A stretch of 64,000 nt of DNA from NCBI RefSeq assembly GCF_000143415.4, contig NW_003314434.1, positions 62,001 to 126,000 of the forward strand, given 5' to 3'. Positions 25,311-36,899 of this stretch are shown one piece after another. The stretch's first letter is position 1. Every line of letters begins with the position of its first letter. This DNA is from Selaginella moellendorffii. Its lineage: Eukaryota > Plantae > Lycopodiophyta. The position numbers and the translations under genes are program-made. The notes under the pieces are model-generated. The model was not told the DNA's origin. It saw nothing but the letters and a program-made list of their open reading frames with translations, and ran no database searches.

Positions 25311-27039
25311 ATAGCCCACAGGGAACGGAAAATAATGAAGTGTTGGAGTAACATTTGCAAAGATGGTCCTTATGAGTAGGACATGAATACAAGAAGTTGT
25401 ATTCTAGTGAGCTAGCACCTCAAAAGTAGGATTTTATGGGTCATTAGATTAGCAAAGTCCAAAAGGTTATATGACTCAAATAGAATTAAGGAATAATCCT
25501 AAAGGATTGGTAGAAGCATTTGGACTAAGGTGTGTTATTCCCCACAAAGGATGGGGAGGATCATAAGATTCAAGGATGAGAATAGTGGGTATTTTATTGA
25601 GGGTAGAATATGCTATACTAAAGCCGTATCCAATAAAAAAGCAACTTTGGCACAAAGCTGTGTATAAACACTATGGTATAGTATTAATGGATAGTTGGCA
25701 TGAGAAACAATTGTATTGGTTTTGGCAAAGACCTAGACATAAGTAGAAAGTGTCATAAAGGTAGGCTCATGGAGCCAATAGTATAGAGATATTAAATATG
25801 CCAATGCGTGATGCCTTGAGGTCAAATTAGTAGGTTCATGAGAACCCCTTGCTAAAGGAATCCTAATAGAAATGGGAATGGTGTAGCCTAAGCTGGAAGG
25901 CATGCAGTTGGAGTGTGGTGACCTTGAAGTCGTGATGTAAAATTCAATTGTTTAGTGTGAAAGCTCGACATATCTAATTTGAACACTTTGGTGCAAGTGG
26001 CACTAATGATGTGGTAAATGAGATGGGGATACCTAGTCTCAGTTGTTATGGACCTTGGCTGGAAGGGCTAGCTTGGGTGCACTACCAAGTATGGGGGATG
26101 CCCTTGGGGTCATGGTCAATAATTTAAAAGTTTGGAAGATTTAGTACCTATTAGCAACCTGTTAAGGTGTGAAAGGTTAGATCACTAGGTGATTTTACGG
26201 CTAAATAACGAGGAAGTCCTTGTGAGGTTAAGGAATAAAGTCTTTAGTTCAAAGTGTTGATTTGAACTATTAATAATGGTATGGCTTGGTCAAGGTGATT
26301 AAGTGGGAAGCACACCAAAAGGGAAATCAATTGTGTCAATAGGATGGTATGATGAGTCCAAGAAAATAATCTCTAGGAAAGACCCATGGGAGGGTCGCAA
26401 AGGTGGGCCATAGATAGAACTCATAGTAGAAAATGCTAAAGAGACCTATTAGGGGTAAACACCCTCTAGACTTAGCAAAGTGGAGCCTTTGCCATAGAAT
26501 TGAAATAATACCTCAAGGATGGACGTAGTGATCCTATATTGCTTAGTGGAACAATTAACAAATAGGAGCAAAAAATTAATGGTCATGTTTGGGCCATAGA
26601 ATTCATTAAAAGGAATTTAAATAGCAAAGTTAGGTAAAGAACACTAATGTGTTGGGTGCTAACGGATTGTGGGAGTGTGTTTTTAGGGATGGATTCCCAA
26701 ATGCTCCAATTTGGCAAAGGTGAAAGCTCCAAAGGAAGGAGTGACAAGGTAGCCAAATGATAGGGCTGTGAACAGCCCTAGCACAACTTATGATAACTAA
26801 AACTTAGTGCCAAAAGTGGCATAATAAAAAAGAGGATAATGATGCCCTCAAGTAAAAAATTGTGAGACACAAATCCTTAAGCCCCAAAGTGGAGCCAAAA
26901 GGGTGCCATGTGGTAGTGACCGAAGCAAAAGCCAAACGAGCGTAACACGTTTGGACTAAAAGTCTCCAACTTGAAAGGTCGAGAGCGGGAGTGGAACTCC
27001 CAACAAAGTGCTCAAGGAATGAGCCTGAAGTGAGCAATA

Positions 27040-27465
27040 AAGGAGTCCGAGATGGACCCGAGATGAAGTCCGAGATAGACCCGAAATGGTGCCCGAGATG
27101 GAGTCTGAGATGGACCCGAGATGGACCCGAGATAGAGTCCGAGATGGAGTTTGAGATGGAGCCTAAGATGGAGTCCGAGATGGACTCGAGATGGAGTCCG
27201 AGATGAACCCAAGATGGAGTTTGAGATGGACCCAAGATGGAGTCCGAGATGGACCCGAGATGGAATCCAAGATGGAGTCCGAGAAGGACCCGAGATAGAG
27301 TTTGAACTCAAGACCGAGACCGAGACCAGGACCGAGACCAAGACCAAGACTGAGACCAGGACCGGGACCGAGACCGAGGCCAAGGTCGAGACCGAACCCA
27401 AGCTCGAGTCCAGATCCAAGTCCAAGTCCGAGTCCAAGTTTGAGTCCAAGTCCAAGTTTGAGTCT
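27040..27465 (+). repeat. Compound tandem array inside the LTR: 12-mer GAGATGGA(GT/CC)CC, then 6-mer GAGACC, then 6-mer AAGTCC (related arrays at ~21770-21950, 23570-23815, 32660-32870, 33720-33841)
   Basis: Periodicity directly visible; it produces the low-complexity ORFs in the track. Confidence 0.9.
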
Positions 27466-28451
27466 AAGAGGGTGAAAGCCCAAAGTATTTATCTCCTAGA
27501 CTCTGGGGGGTTTGGTGAGCTCCAAAAGTATAGTAGGGGGCAAGACTTCAATGGAGCCAGTTTGGCCTAGGAAGGCCATACCCAAGTGTTGGGTGATAGG
27601 ATAACCATTGAGAAGTCCAAGGCTAGAGTGAATACAGACCGACAAATAGGGTAGCTTGGTGAAGTGTTCATGAGCCAGCTCTAGTTCCCCTGGGAGATCG
27701 AATGGTCGATGCTCCCAATCCAAGTGTGGGTGGCACTACCTACTTGGATACCTAGCGTGGCTCAACGGAACCTCGCTCTAAGCCCATGGCTAGAGCATCC
27801 AAAGGTGGAAAGTGGGGAGAGTACCCACGAGGCTTACATAAAGCCACGGTGTTCCGAAATGTTGTCCCAAAGTCTCAGACTGTAAAATGGAAGAGGAGCA
27901 ATCCTCTGTAGTGGTGACCAAGGATACGGTCATGTAGTGAGAAAGTCCCAGAGGATAGTGGGACTTAGTGATCAGGCCTGTGGGCATTGTCTCAGTGGCA
28001 ATGTAGGCAAACTCGGCCATGCACAGAAAAGGGACTTGGTGGGGACTGTAAAAGGGACATTGGGGAAGGTGGTTCCCCATGTTTGCGGGCATCTTAAGGA
28101 TGCTGAGGAGTGGATCTTGGTTGGTCACTCTTGCACGGATGGCTCAGTCGTTGAGAGATGGGATTGCGATGCAAGTGGTGTTGGACCACCGGTGTGACCA
28201 AGGTGAATGGGTATGGCCTTAGCGTAACGGGCTAGTATGTCGGTGGTACCTTGGGGTGTCGATCTTGGGACTGGACACGTGGAGCACTTGGACCAAGCAC
28301 AAAGGATGAGTGGCATGGATGCCATTCTCAAAGCTAGCAAGTCCCAAGTCTTGAATTGGACTTAAGGAGGTTGTGAGTGAGACTCCTCCAAGTGATCAGA
28401 GGTGTGGTTAAGTGACTAAAGTAGAAATGAAAAATTTAGTCATTTACAATT

Positions 28452-28463
28452 TGGTATCGGAGC
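28452..28463 (+). promoter_or_regulatory. Primer-binding site (tRNA-iMet type)
   Basis: TGGTATCGGAGC, 11/12 match, 3 nt after the LTR end at 28448. Confidence 0.85.
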
Positions 28464-31400
28464 TATTCCTTAGTCCGACTTTTATTGGTGCTCAAGTATA
28501 TCACCACTGGTTTTGGCATTGGAAGGTCCTAAGAGTGGGCCTATTCGTGAGGAATTGCAAGTTAGGAAGACATGGCTCTCCACTACAATTTATGTGTGAA
28601 CTTGTAGATGAGGTGGTGGATAGAAAAAGGGTTAATAATTGAACGACTTTAGGATCTTGGGAACAGTATAAAGTTTTCCTCAAAGAGTTGAGGATGTGAT
28701 CGAGATGAACGATTGATTTAGCAAACGGGTTAATGTAGTTGTGGTAAAAAACTATAGTTGGGATCACGGGAAAAATAAAGACTAGATTATCCTCATATAA
28801 TTGAGGTTGGTGCTCATGAATTTGAGACCAAAATTAATGATTGTGAAAGGTCAAATACGGAAGAAGACACAAGTCTTTGAAATGGTAGCCGAGGCTACCC
28901 TTGATAAATGCTGGAACAACCCAAGGAGTTGGGGGTGTACTTAGAGGATGAGTGGGTATCCTCATCACATGGACAAATAGTCCTAAGGGATAAGGTTGCC
29001 CCCAGGGAACAACATCAAGTGTTAGAGTGATACTTGCAAAAATGGTCCTTATGAGTAAGACATGAATACAAAAAGTTGTATTCCAGGGAGCTAGCACCTC
29101 AAATAAGACCTTATTGGTCATTGGATTTTAAAGTCCAAAAATGCTAGATGACTCAAGTAGAATCAAGGAATGGTCCTAAAGGATTGCTAAAAGCATTTGG
29201 AATAAGGTGTATTGTGCCCCACAAAGGTTAGGGAGGATCATAGGATCCAAGTATAAGAACAGTGAGTATCTCATCAATGGCGGAATGTGCCATACTAAAG
29301 TTGTGGGGAAGGAGTTCCCAGAAGAAAACAACTTTGACACAAAGTTGTGAGTAAACTCTATAGTGTAGTGCTAACGGATAGTTAGCATGAGAAATAACTA
29401 TATTGGTCTTGGTAAGGACCTAGACACAAGTAAGAAGTGTTATAAAGGTAGGCTCGTAGAGCCGATAATGTGGAGACACCGAATGTGCCAAGGCGTGATG
29501 CCTTAAAGTGAGTTGGCGGGTTCACAAAAACCCCTTCCCAAAGGAATTCTAATGGAAATCAGAATGGCATAGCCTAAGTTGGAAGGTATGCAGTTGGAGT
29601 GTGGTGACCCAGATAATGATAAAGGTGTGAAAGCATCAGTAATGAGTTGTAGGACTTGACAATTATGAGGTAACTAAGCAAAAGGTGCAAAATAATCGGT
29701 TAAACTGGTAGTAGGTAGCTACCTAAGACTTCTTAATGGTATAAGGAAGTTAGATATACCATTATAGGGGGATAAATTGCTTATGTGCTGATATAGTAAA
29801 TCAATGTCATAAAAGAGAATGCTCATTGTCAAAGAGGCCATCATTGGGGCACCTAAACACTCTAGAACACCAAGAGGTGGTGTTTGATGTCGCGAGGGCA
29901 ATAAATAAGGCCCAAGGGACTAAGTCCCTAGTGAATGATGGATAGAAAGTGCTATCCAAACGTTCAAGATTGCAAAGACGGGAGAAGTCTATCTACCCGA
30001 ATTGGACAAAACCAAAAATAGAATTTTGGCAAGGCTAATGATGGGCATATAAAGGTCTATATGTAGCAACGTTAATCCTGGTGTGTGGAATTATAAGGTG
30101 AGCATACCCGAATTGAGGAACCACTCCCCAAGCTATTGGGTAGGTTCATCCCCAAGAATACTTGCTAAGGCATGGTAGAAAGTGCAAAGCTATCCTCCTA
30201 GTTTGGAGGCAAATAATTGAAGGAAATGTATGAGGCTAAAAGTAAGTAGTAAGGGGATAGAACCAAACTATAAGAATTGAAAAGCATAACCAAGGGTGGT
30301 TATGTCAGTTGAGAGTGGAAAATCAAGTGGGTGCTCGAGCATGTTGTTATTAGCAACTGTGGTGCCATAAAGAGTCTAAAGCATGGAATTGTCCATGCTA
30401 GACCATATGGCAATTAGAAAGCTTGTGAAAGGAGAGGCTTTAGCAAGCTAAGGGACAGGATTCCTTCAAGGTTCCCAAAAACAATTTTAGGTAGTCTAGT
30501 ACCTAGAAAGCCAAGTGTAAATGGTTCATAGAACATGCGAAATCAGAGTGGTGCAGCAGAAACGTGGTCTTGAAGCTTGCGATAAGACAATGCTATCAAG
30601 GTTGGGGAAGTAGTTCCCAAGTGTTCAAAGGGATAACTTTGAATGAAAGTCAATAGTCAAGAGCTTTCACACTTATGCATAAGACCATGTTACATTGGTC
30701 GAATAACTTGCAAAGCGAGAGTGGCAACTCAGGGGAACAAATCCGCTAGTTGAAGGTGTTAACTTCAAAAAGGGTGGCACATAGAGCCAAGTATGGAGGA
30801 GTCCATACATGATCATAGACTTGTCAAGTGAGAGGACTTTGCAATTTGGAAGGACTAGGTTCCTAAGCTATGATCTGTAACGTGCTTTAGAGATAAATTG
30901 GTGCACCATCATGGGGAGTCACGCCAGGCATCTAGGATGATGCCATTTGTAGATGCATATAAGGAGGTTAGGTTCGAGTCCCAACCCTCTAATGCTTGGG
31001 TTCAGGTCCCAAATCACTAGGGCGTGGTAATGGTTTGGAATATGCAGACACTCATGTTTCGGTGGTCATGGACTCTCAGTGAGGAGACTAGCCCACTAGG
31101 CGGGGGATGCTCTAGAGTCGTGATATACGGTTAGATTCCTTAGAGTGAAAGCTCGGTATATCTAACTTGAACACTTTGGTGCAAAGGGCACCAAGGATGT
31201 GATGAATGAGATGGGGACACCCAGTCTCAATTGCTATGGATCCTTGGCCGGAAGGGCTAGCTTGGGCGCACCGCCAAGTGTGGGGGATACCCCCGAGGTC
31301 ATAGTCAACAATTTAAAAGGGTCTAAAAGACCTAGTTCCTATTGGTAGACCTGTTAAGAGGTCAAGATGAAGTCACTAGGTGATTTTATAGCTAAACAAG

Positions 31401-33841
31401 GACAAAGTCTTTGTTTGGGTTAAGAAATATGATTCCTAGTTCAAAGTGTTCATTTGAACTATTGATAATAGTGTGACTTAGTCAAGGTGACCAAGTGGGA
31501 AGGACACCTAAAGGGAAATTAGTTGTGCCAATATGATGGTATAGTAAGTCCAAGAAAGTAGTCTCGGGGAGAGACCCATGGGAGGGTCGCAAAGTTGGGC
31601 TGTGGACGGAGCCCATAGCAGAAAATGCTAAAGAAACCTATTAGGGGTGAGCACCCTCTGGACTTAGCAAAGTAGAGCCTTTGCCATGGAACCAAAAAAA
31701 TACCTCAAGAATGGAGGTAGTGATCCTATGTTGCTCAGTACAACAATCAATGGATAAAAGTAAAAGACTAGTGGCCAAGTGTGGGCCATGGAGTTCATTG
31801 GAAGGAATCCAAATGGCAAAGTTAGGCATGGAACACTAATATGTTAGATGTTAACGGATTGTGAGAAAGAAAGTGTGCTTCCAAAGATGGATTCCCAAAT
31901 GCTCTAAGTTGGCAAAGGTGAAAGATCCAAGAGAGGAAGCGGCGAAATAGCCAAAGGATAGAGCCGTGGACAGCTCTAGCACAACTTACGATGGTTGGAA
32001 CTTAGTGCCAAAGGTGGCATAAAATAGAAAGGAGGTTAATAGTGCCCTCAAGTGGAGAACTTCTTAGAATGGGGAAGTGAAGTTGCACAATATGTGCAAT
32101 GAAAGGTATAAGAGACACTAAGGAAATTGACTTCGAGAAGTCAAAATTAAAAGTTCCAAGGTGAACTGGTTATATCAATAAAAGTTGAAACTACTCGAGA
32201 ATGAGTAGTGGGATTGAGCTAGAGAAGGTGTCTCTAATGGGTTTAGCAAGAGTTAAACCAATAAAGGGAAAGAACCACCTGAGGTGGTCAAATGAGTCTC
32301 TGTGTTGGAACACTATACTCCTTAGAGGTTAGACAAGGCATGGCAAGCCTTCGGTGTCAAACCATTAACGAATATTGGCTATATGCCAAGGATGGAAAAG
32401 GTAATACATTCTGGTGTTACTTTATAAAATGGTTTATCGTTCGATGATGACATCGAACTTTGTGTAGGGGTGGTGGAGTTGTGAGACACAAATCCCTAAG
32501 CCCCAAAGTGGAGCTGAAAGGGTGCCACATTGTAGTGGCTGAAGCAAAAGCCAAACGAGCGTAACATGTTTGGACTAAAAGTCTCCGACTTGAAAGGTCG
32601 AGAGCGGGAGTGGAACTCCCAATGAAGTGCTCAAGGAATGAGCATGAAGTGAGCAATAAAAGAGTCCAAGATGGACCTAAGATGGACCCGAGATGGACCC
32701 GAGATGGAGTCTGAGATGGACCCGAGATGGAGTCCGAGATGGAGTCCGAGATGGACCCAAGATGGACCCAAGATGGAGCTCGAGATAGAGTCCAAGATGG
32801 ACCCGAGATGAAGTCCGAGATGGACCCGAGATGGAGTCCGAGATGGGCCCGAGATGGAGTCCAAGATGGGGTGTCAGTCTTGGGACTGGACACGTGGAGC
32901 ACTTGGACCAAGTGCAAAGGATGAGTGGCATGGATGCCATTTTCGGGGCTAGCAAGTCCCAAATCCTAAATAGGACTTAAGGAGGTTGTGAGTGAGACTC
33001 CTCCAAGTGATCGGAGGTGTGGTTAAGTGACTAAAGTAGAAATAAAAAATTTAGTCACTTACAAGAACTTCTTAGGATGGGGAAGTGGAATTTGCATAAT
33101 ATGTGCAATGAAAAGTGTCAGAGACACCTAGGAAATTGACTTTGAGAAGTCAAGATTAAAATTTCTAAAGTGCAATGGTTATATCGATAGAAGTTGAGAC
33201 TACTTAAGAGTGAGTAGTAGGATTGAGATAAAGAAGGTGTTTCTGATGGGTTTAGCAAGAATTAAACCAATGAAAGGGAGAAAACCACCATAAGTGGTCG
33301 AATGAGTCTTTATGTTGGAGAGACTATGCTCCTTAGAGGATGGACAAGGCATGGTGAACCTTTGGTGTCAAATCATTGACGAATGTTGATTAGGTGCCAA
33401 GGATGGAAAGGGTAATACGTGTTGTGTTACTTTATAAAATAGCTTATTGTTTGATAAGGACATCAAACTTCGTCTATAGCTGGTGGAGTTGTGAGACATA
33501 AAGTCCCTAGGCCCCAAAGAGGAGCCAAAAGGGTGCCATGTGGTAGTGGCTAAAGTGAAAGACAAATGAGGTAACACATATGGACTAAAAGCTCTAACTC
33601 GAAAAGTCAAGAGTGGGAGTGGAACTCTTAACGAAGTGATTGAGGAACGAGCATAAAGCGAGCAATAAGTGAGTTTCTAAAAAAGGGACACAAAAGGACA
33701 AATATATAATATGTGAAAGTGTTTGAGATGGAGTCTGAGATGGAGTCCAAGATGGAGTCCGAGATGGACCCGTGATGGAGTCCGAGATAGAACTAAGACC
33801 GAGACTGAAACTGAGACCAAAACCGAGAGTGAGACTGAGTC

Positions 33842-34967
33842 TGTTGCGAATGTGACTTCAGTATCGAAAGTTACCTGTCGGCTAGTCCTTACGGACACTT
33901 TTTCCTTACTGCCACGATGGCAGGAGGTCGGTATTGCTAGTTCCCTTTATCAGCCCCTCTTGTTCAAGTGTTAGTAAACTGGACTTTGCATCTGTACTTA
34001 GCCAAATGGACATAAGGTAGGAACTCTGTTGAGCATACTCGGCCTGGCTCTTAGTTCTCTTTTGCTTTGTCTTGCACTTGCTAGTGTTGGGAACCCCTGT
34101 GATATTGAGACTAGTCCTTCAATATTCACTAGATGATAGCTTACCATGTTTGCCAAACACCCTTGCTATCATGCCCTTTGTGTTAGTCTCATTTCGGTCC
34201 CAAGTGCTATTTATGGAAAGTGTCTAAATTAGCTCATTTGGCATATCTATGAAATGTAGAGATCGGCCTGAACACAATGGTGTTCGTCCTGTGTCCAAAT
34301 TCGCAATTTAGTGCCATTCCATATTTAGTAAGTTTTGGACTTGTCCTAGAGACTAACTCCTGGTACTAAGGGAGGCTTGGGGTGAAAGCCCAAAGCATGT
34401 GTCCCTTAGGGGGGGTGGGGGGTGGGCTGTGGGGGGTTCCAAATGTATAGTAGGGATAGTGGGTAGGTTAGGTATGGCCGACCAACCTGAGGCATAGTCT
34501 AGCTTCTGCTTGCGTGCCTATTCTTGTTCTACGTCCAACTTGGGTCTAATCCTAAACTCCACCCCATGCTAATTGGTGGAGTATCCATATCCTTGTGTTA
34601 GGCCACCGGTATGCTAAAATAGCACCAAACTCCATTTTACTCCGTTTTGCATGTTAGTCCTGGCATTGGGATGCTGGATACTCTAGGACTGTTCCAAGTC
34701 GCTTCGGGCTCCTATCCCTTCGCTCCTTAGGCTATATGCTTGGGAGTTGCTCCGTGGTCCGGTTTTGCCACTCCTTGGTTCCATGATTAGGAGTTTGGCT
34801 TCGTACCTTTGTTCAATGGCCCAAGGCCTTGAAACTTGGGTTCTGCACCACTGTCCTTGGACACGTGGCATGTGTCACGTGGCATAAAGAGGGTTTAGGT
34901 TTCGCTTCATGGTGTTATCCTATGGTAAATCACCATAGGATAAAAGGTCAAAACCACATGCGCTATA
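33842..34967 (+). mobile_element. Solo LTR (third family, 1126 bp) inserted in the host 3' LTR
   Basis: TGTTGCG...CGCTATA (probable CA>TA decay) with a perfect TSD GAGTC at 33837-33841 and 34968-34972. The host LTR resumes immediately after. Confidence 0.8.
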
Positions 34968-36899
34968 GAGTCCAAGTTCAAATACTAATATAGGCTGCTG
35001 GGTGAAAGCCCAAAGAAATCGTCCCCTAGAGGGGGGAGAGTCAACTCTAGTTCCCCTGGGAGATCAAATGGTCGATGCTCTTAATCCAAGTGTGGGTGGC
35101 ACTACCTACTTGGATATTTAGCATAGCTCAACGGAACCTTGCTTTAACCCTATGGCTAAAACACCCAAAAGCAAAAGGTGGGGAGAGTATTTATAAGGCT
35201 TGTGTAGGGCTATGCTGTTCTAAAATGTTATCCCATAGTCCTGGATTGTAGAAAAGAAAAAGGAGTAGTCCTCTGGTGTAGTGACCAAGGATATAGTTAT
35301 ATGGTAAGGAAGTCCCGAGGATAGTGGGACTTAGTGATTAGGCCTATGAGCCTTGACTCGGTGGTAGTGTTGGTGAACACAGCCATGGACGGAAAGGGAT
35401 TTGGTGGGGACTAAGAAAGGGATATTAGGGAAGGTTGTTCCCTATGTCTACGAGTATACTGAGGATGCTAAGGAGTGGATCTAGGATGATCATTCATGGA
35501 TGGATGGCCCATTATTTGAAAAATAGGATTATGAGGTAGATGGTTTGGATCACCGATGTGACAAAAGTGAATGAGCATGGCATTAAATTAATGGGCTAAT
35601 ATATCGGTGGTACCCTTGGGTGTTGGCCATGGGATCGGACATGTGGAGCACTTGGACCAAGTGCAAAGGTTGAGTGGTATGGATGTCATTTTCAGGGCTA
35701 GTGAGCCCCAAGTCTAAAATAGGATTTATAAAGGTTGTGAGTAAAACTCCTCCAAGTGGTTGAAGGTGTAGTTAAATAATTAAAGTGGAATGGAAAATTT
35801 AATCGCTTACAGAAAGAATAGAGAGTTCTTTTAGGAAATTGAGAGAAATCTTGAGTTCTAGAGGTTAGATTCAAAGACCCTAGGATCATTAGGGGTTTCT
35901 ACTTCCATGAATCCAGAGTGTAAGTTCAAAGATTTTTCTTGTTCTTGCATTAATTTTCTATATTACCTCTTTCCACTTGGTTTTCTAGTGATTTTTCATG
36001 ATTGGGGTATTGATTTTAGTTTTGCTTTCTTTGGGTCGATATGACTTAACGTCCTCTTTCCAACAAGCTAAAGAGCACTTTGTTTTGTGGAAAATTTAGT
36101 TGCTGATTTGATAAAATTTTGTCCATCACACTCCTCTATTTTCACGGCAAATTTCTAGCACTTTAAGCTTGCAATTTTGGGACCGATTCAAGAAATTTTT
36201 TTCTGGACATATAGATCTAGAGAAAAGCTTTCCGAAGAGTCTTTTTTTGGTGGCAAATTCACTCTAAGTTATGACATGCAGTAGTTTTTCTCTCACGGCG
36301 CTTCATAGCTCAAACTTGCAAGTTTCTAACTTGATCTTGGGGGAATTTGAGGTGCCATTCTCATGGAAATTATTACGGCCATGTTATTATCTTATACCAA
36401 TGCCAAAAATCAGTGTTTCTTGTGCTAGGGAGTGCATTTTCTTTTCATTTATTTTCTTTCTTTTTGTCTAGAATTTATTGTTTGAGTCAATTTTTCTTAA
36501 GTTTTTGGGCATTTTAACTTGTGATTTTGGTTTCATTCTCTTGGTTTGAGTATAAGCTTTCAAACAAGTCCATCCACATTCTTGTGTGCAAAGTCGAGAG
36601 ATTTCCATGCAAATGTTTTCCCTTAGGCATTTTGATTGTTGGAGTTTAATTTTGCTTCTTTTCCCTTTTCCTTTGCTAGATTTTTTTCTTTTCATTGTGA
36701 GAAATTGGCATTTGCAAGAGTGACAGTGATTTTAGTTGGGGAAATCTATATGAGGATACTCTTTTATTTGGAATTAGTTAGATTTTAATTCTAAAATATT
36801 TAAATATTTTTCTCTAAATATTTTGCCCATTTAAATATTTTGCTCTCACAAAAGTTAGAGTTCTTAGTGTGTTGGATTTTCCATGACCTGGCATCTACT

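Larger units (their letters stand above)
26861..33063 (+). mobile_element. 6.2-kb non-autonomous (LARD-like) LTR retroelement: 5' LTR 26861-28448, PBS 28452-28463, PPT ~32466-32479, internally deleted 3' LTR 32480-33063
   Basis: Both LTRs run TGTGAGACAC...TTACA. PBS TGGTATCGGAGC; purine-rich AGGGGTGGTGGAGT before the 3' LTR. TSD AAAAT (26856-60)/AGAAC (33064-68), consistent with the empty site AGTGGAGAACTTCTTAG seen at 32051. No gag/pol motifs recognised. Confidence 0.85.
21720..35811 (+). mobile_element. Older host copy of a gag/pol-less LTR retroelement (left-truncated 5' LTR ~21720-22925, PBS 22929-22940, 3' LTR 33490-35811), interrupted by three insertions
   Basis: 5' LTR ends ..CTTACA and is followed by ACT+TGGTATCAAAGC. 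The 3' LTR starts TGTGAGAC after TGGTGGAGT and ends CGCTTACA. The two LTRs share variants absent from the inner copy (GTTTCTAAAAAAGGGACACAAAAGGAC; GCCATGGACGGAAAGGGATTT). Internal parts are colinear with 28449-32479 except for one ~1.5-kb deletion near 25925. Confidence 0.8.

Noticed and set aside
27960-28040. MAEFAY..TG resembling a retroelement integrase motif
   Set aside because: It lies inside the LTR on the antisense strand, other copies diverge, and there is no DDE context.
29500-29560. WEGVFVNPP on the minus strand, resembling an adenine-methyltransferase NPPY motif (DIRS/phage Dam-like)
   Set aside because: It is not in the best-preserved frame, not conserved in the second copy (~25840), and has no supporting motifs.
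21751-33974. Low-complexity ORFs (RWSPRW, GLHLG, SISDSI, ETET) and a CRISPR-like look of the arrays
   Set aside because: These are by-products of 6/12-bp tandem repeats; there are no unique spacers or cas genes, and the context is eukaryotic.
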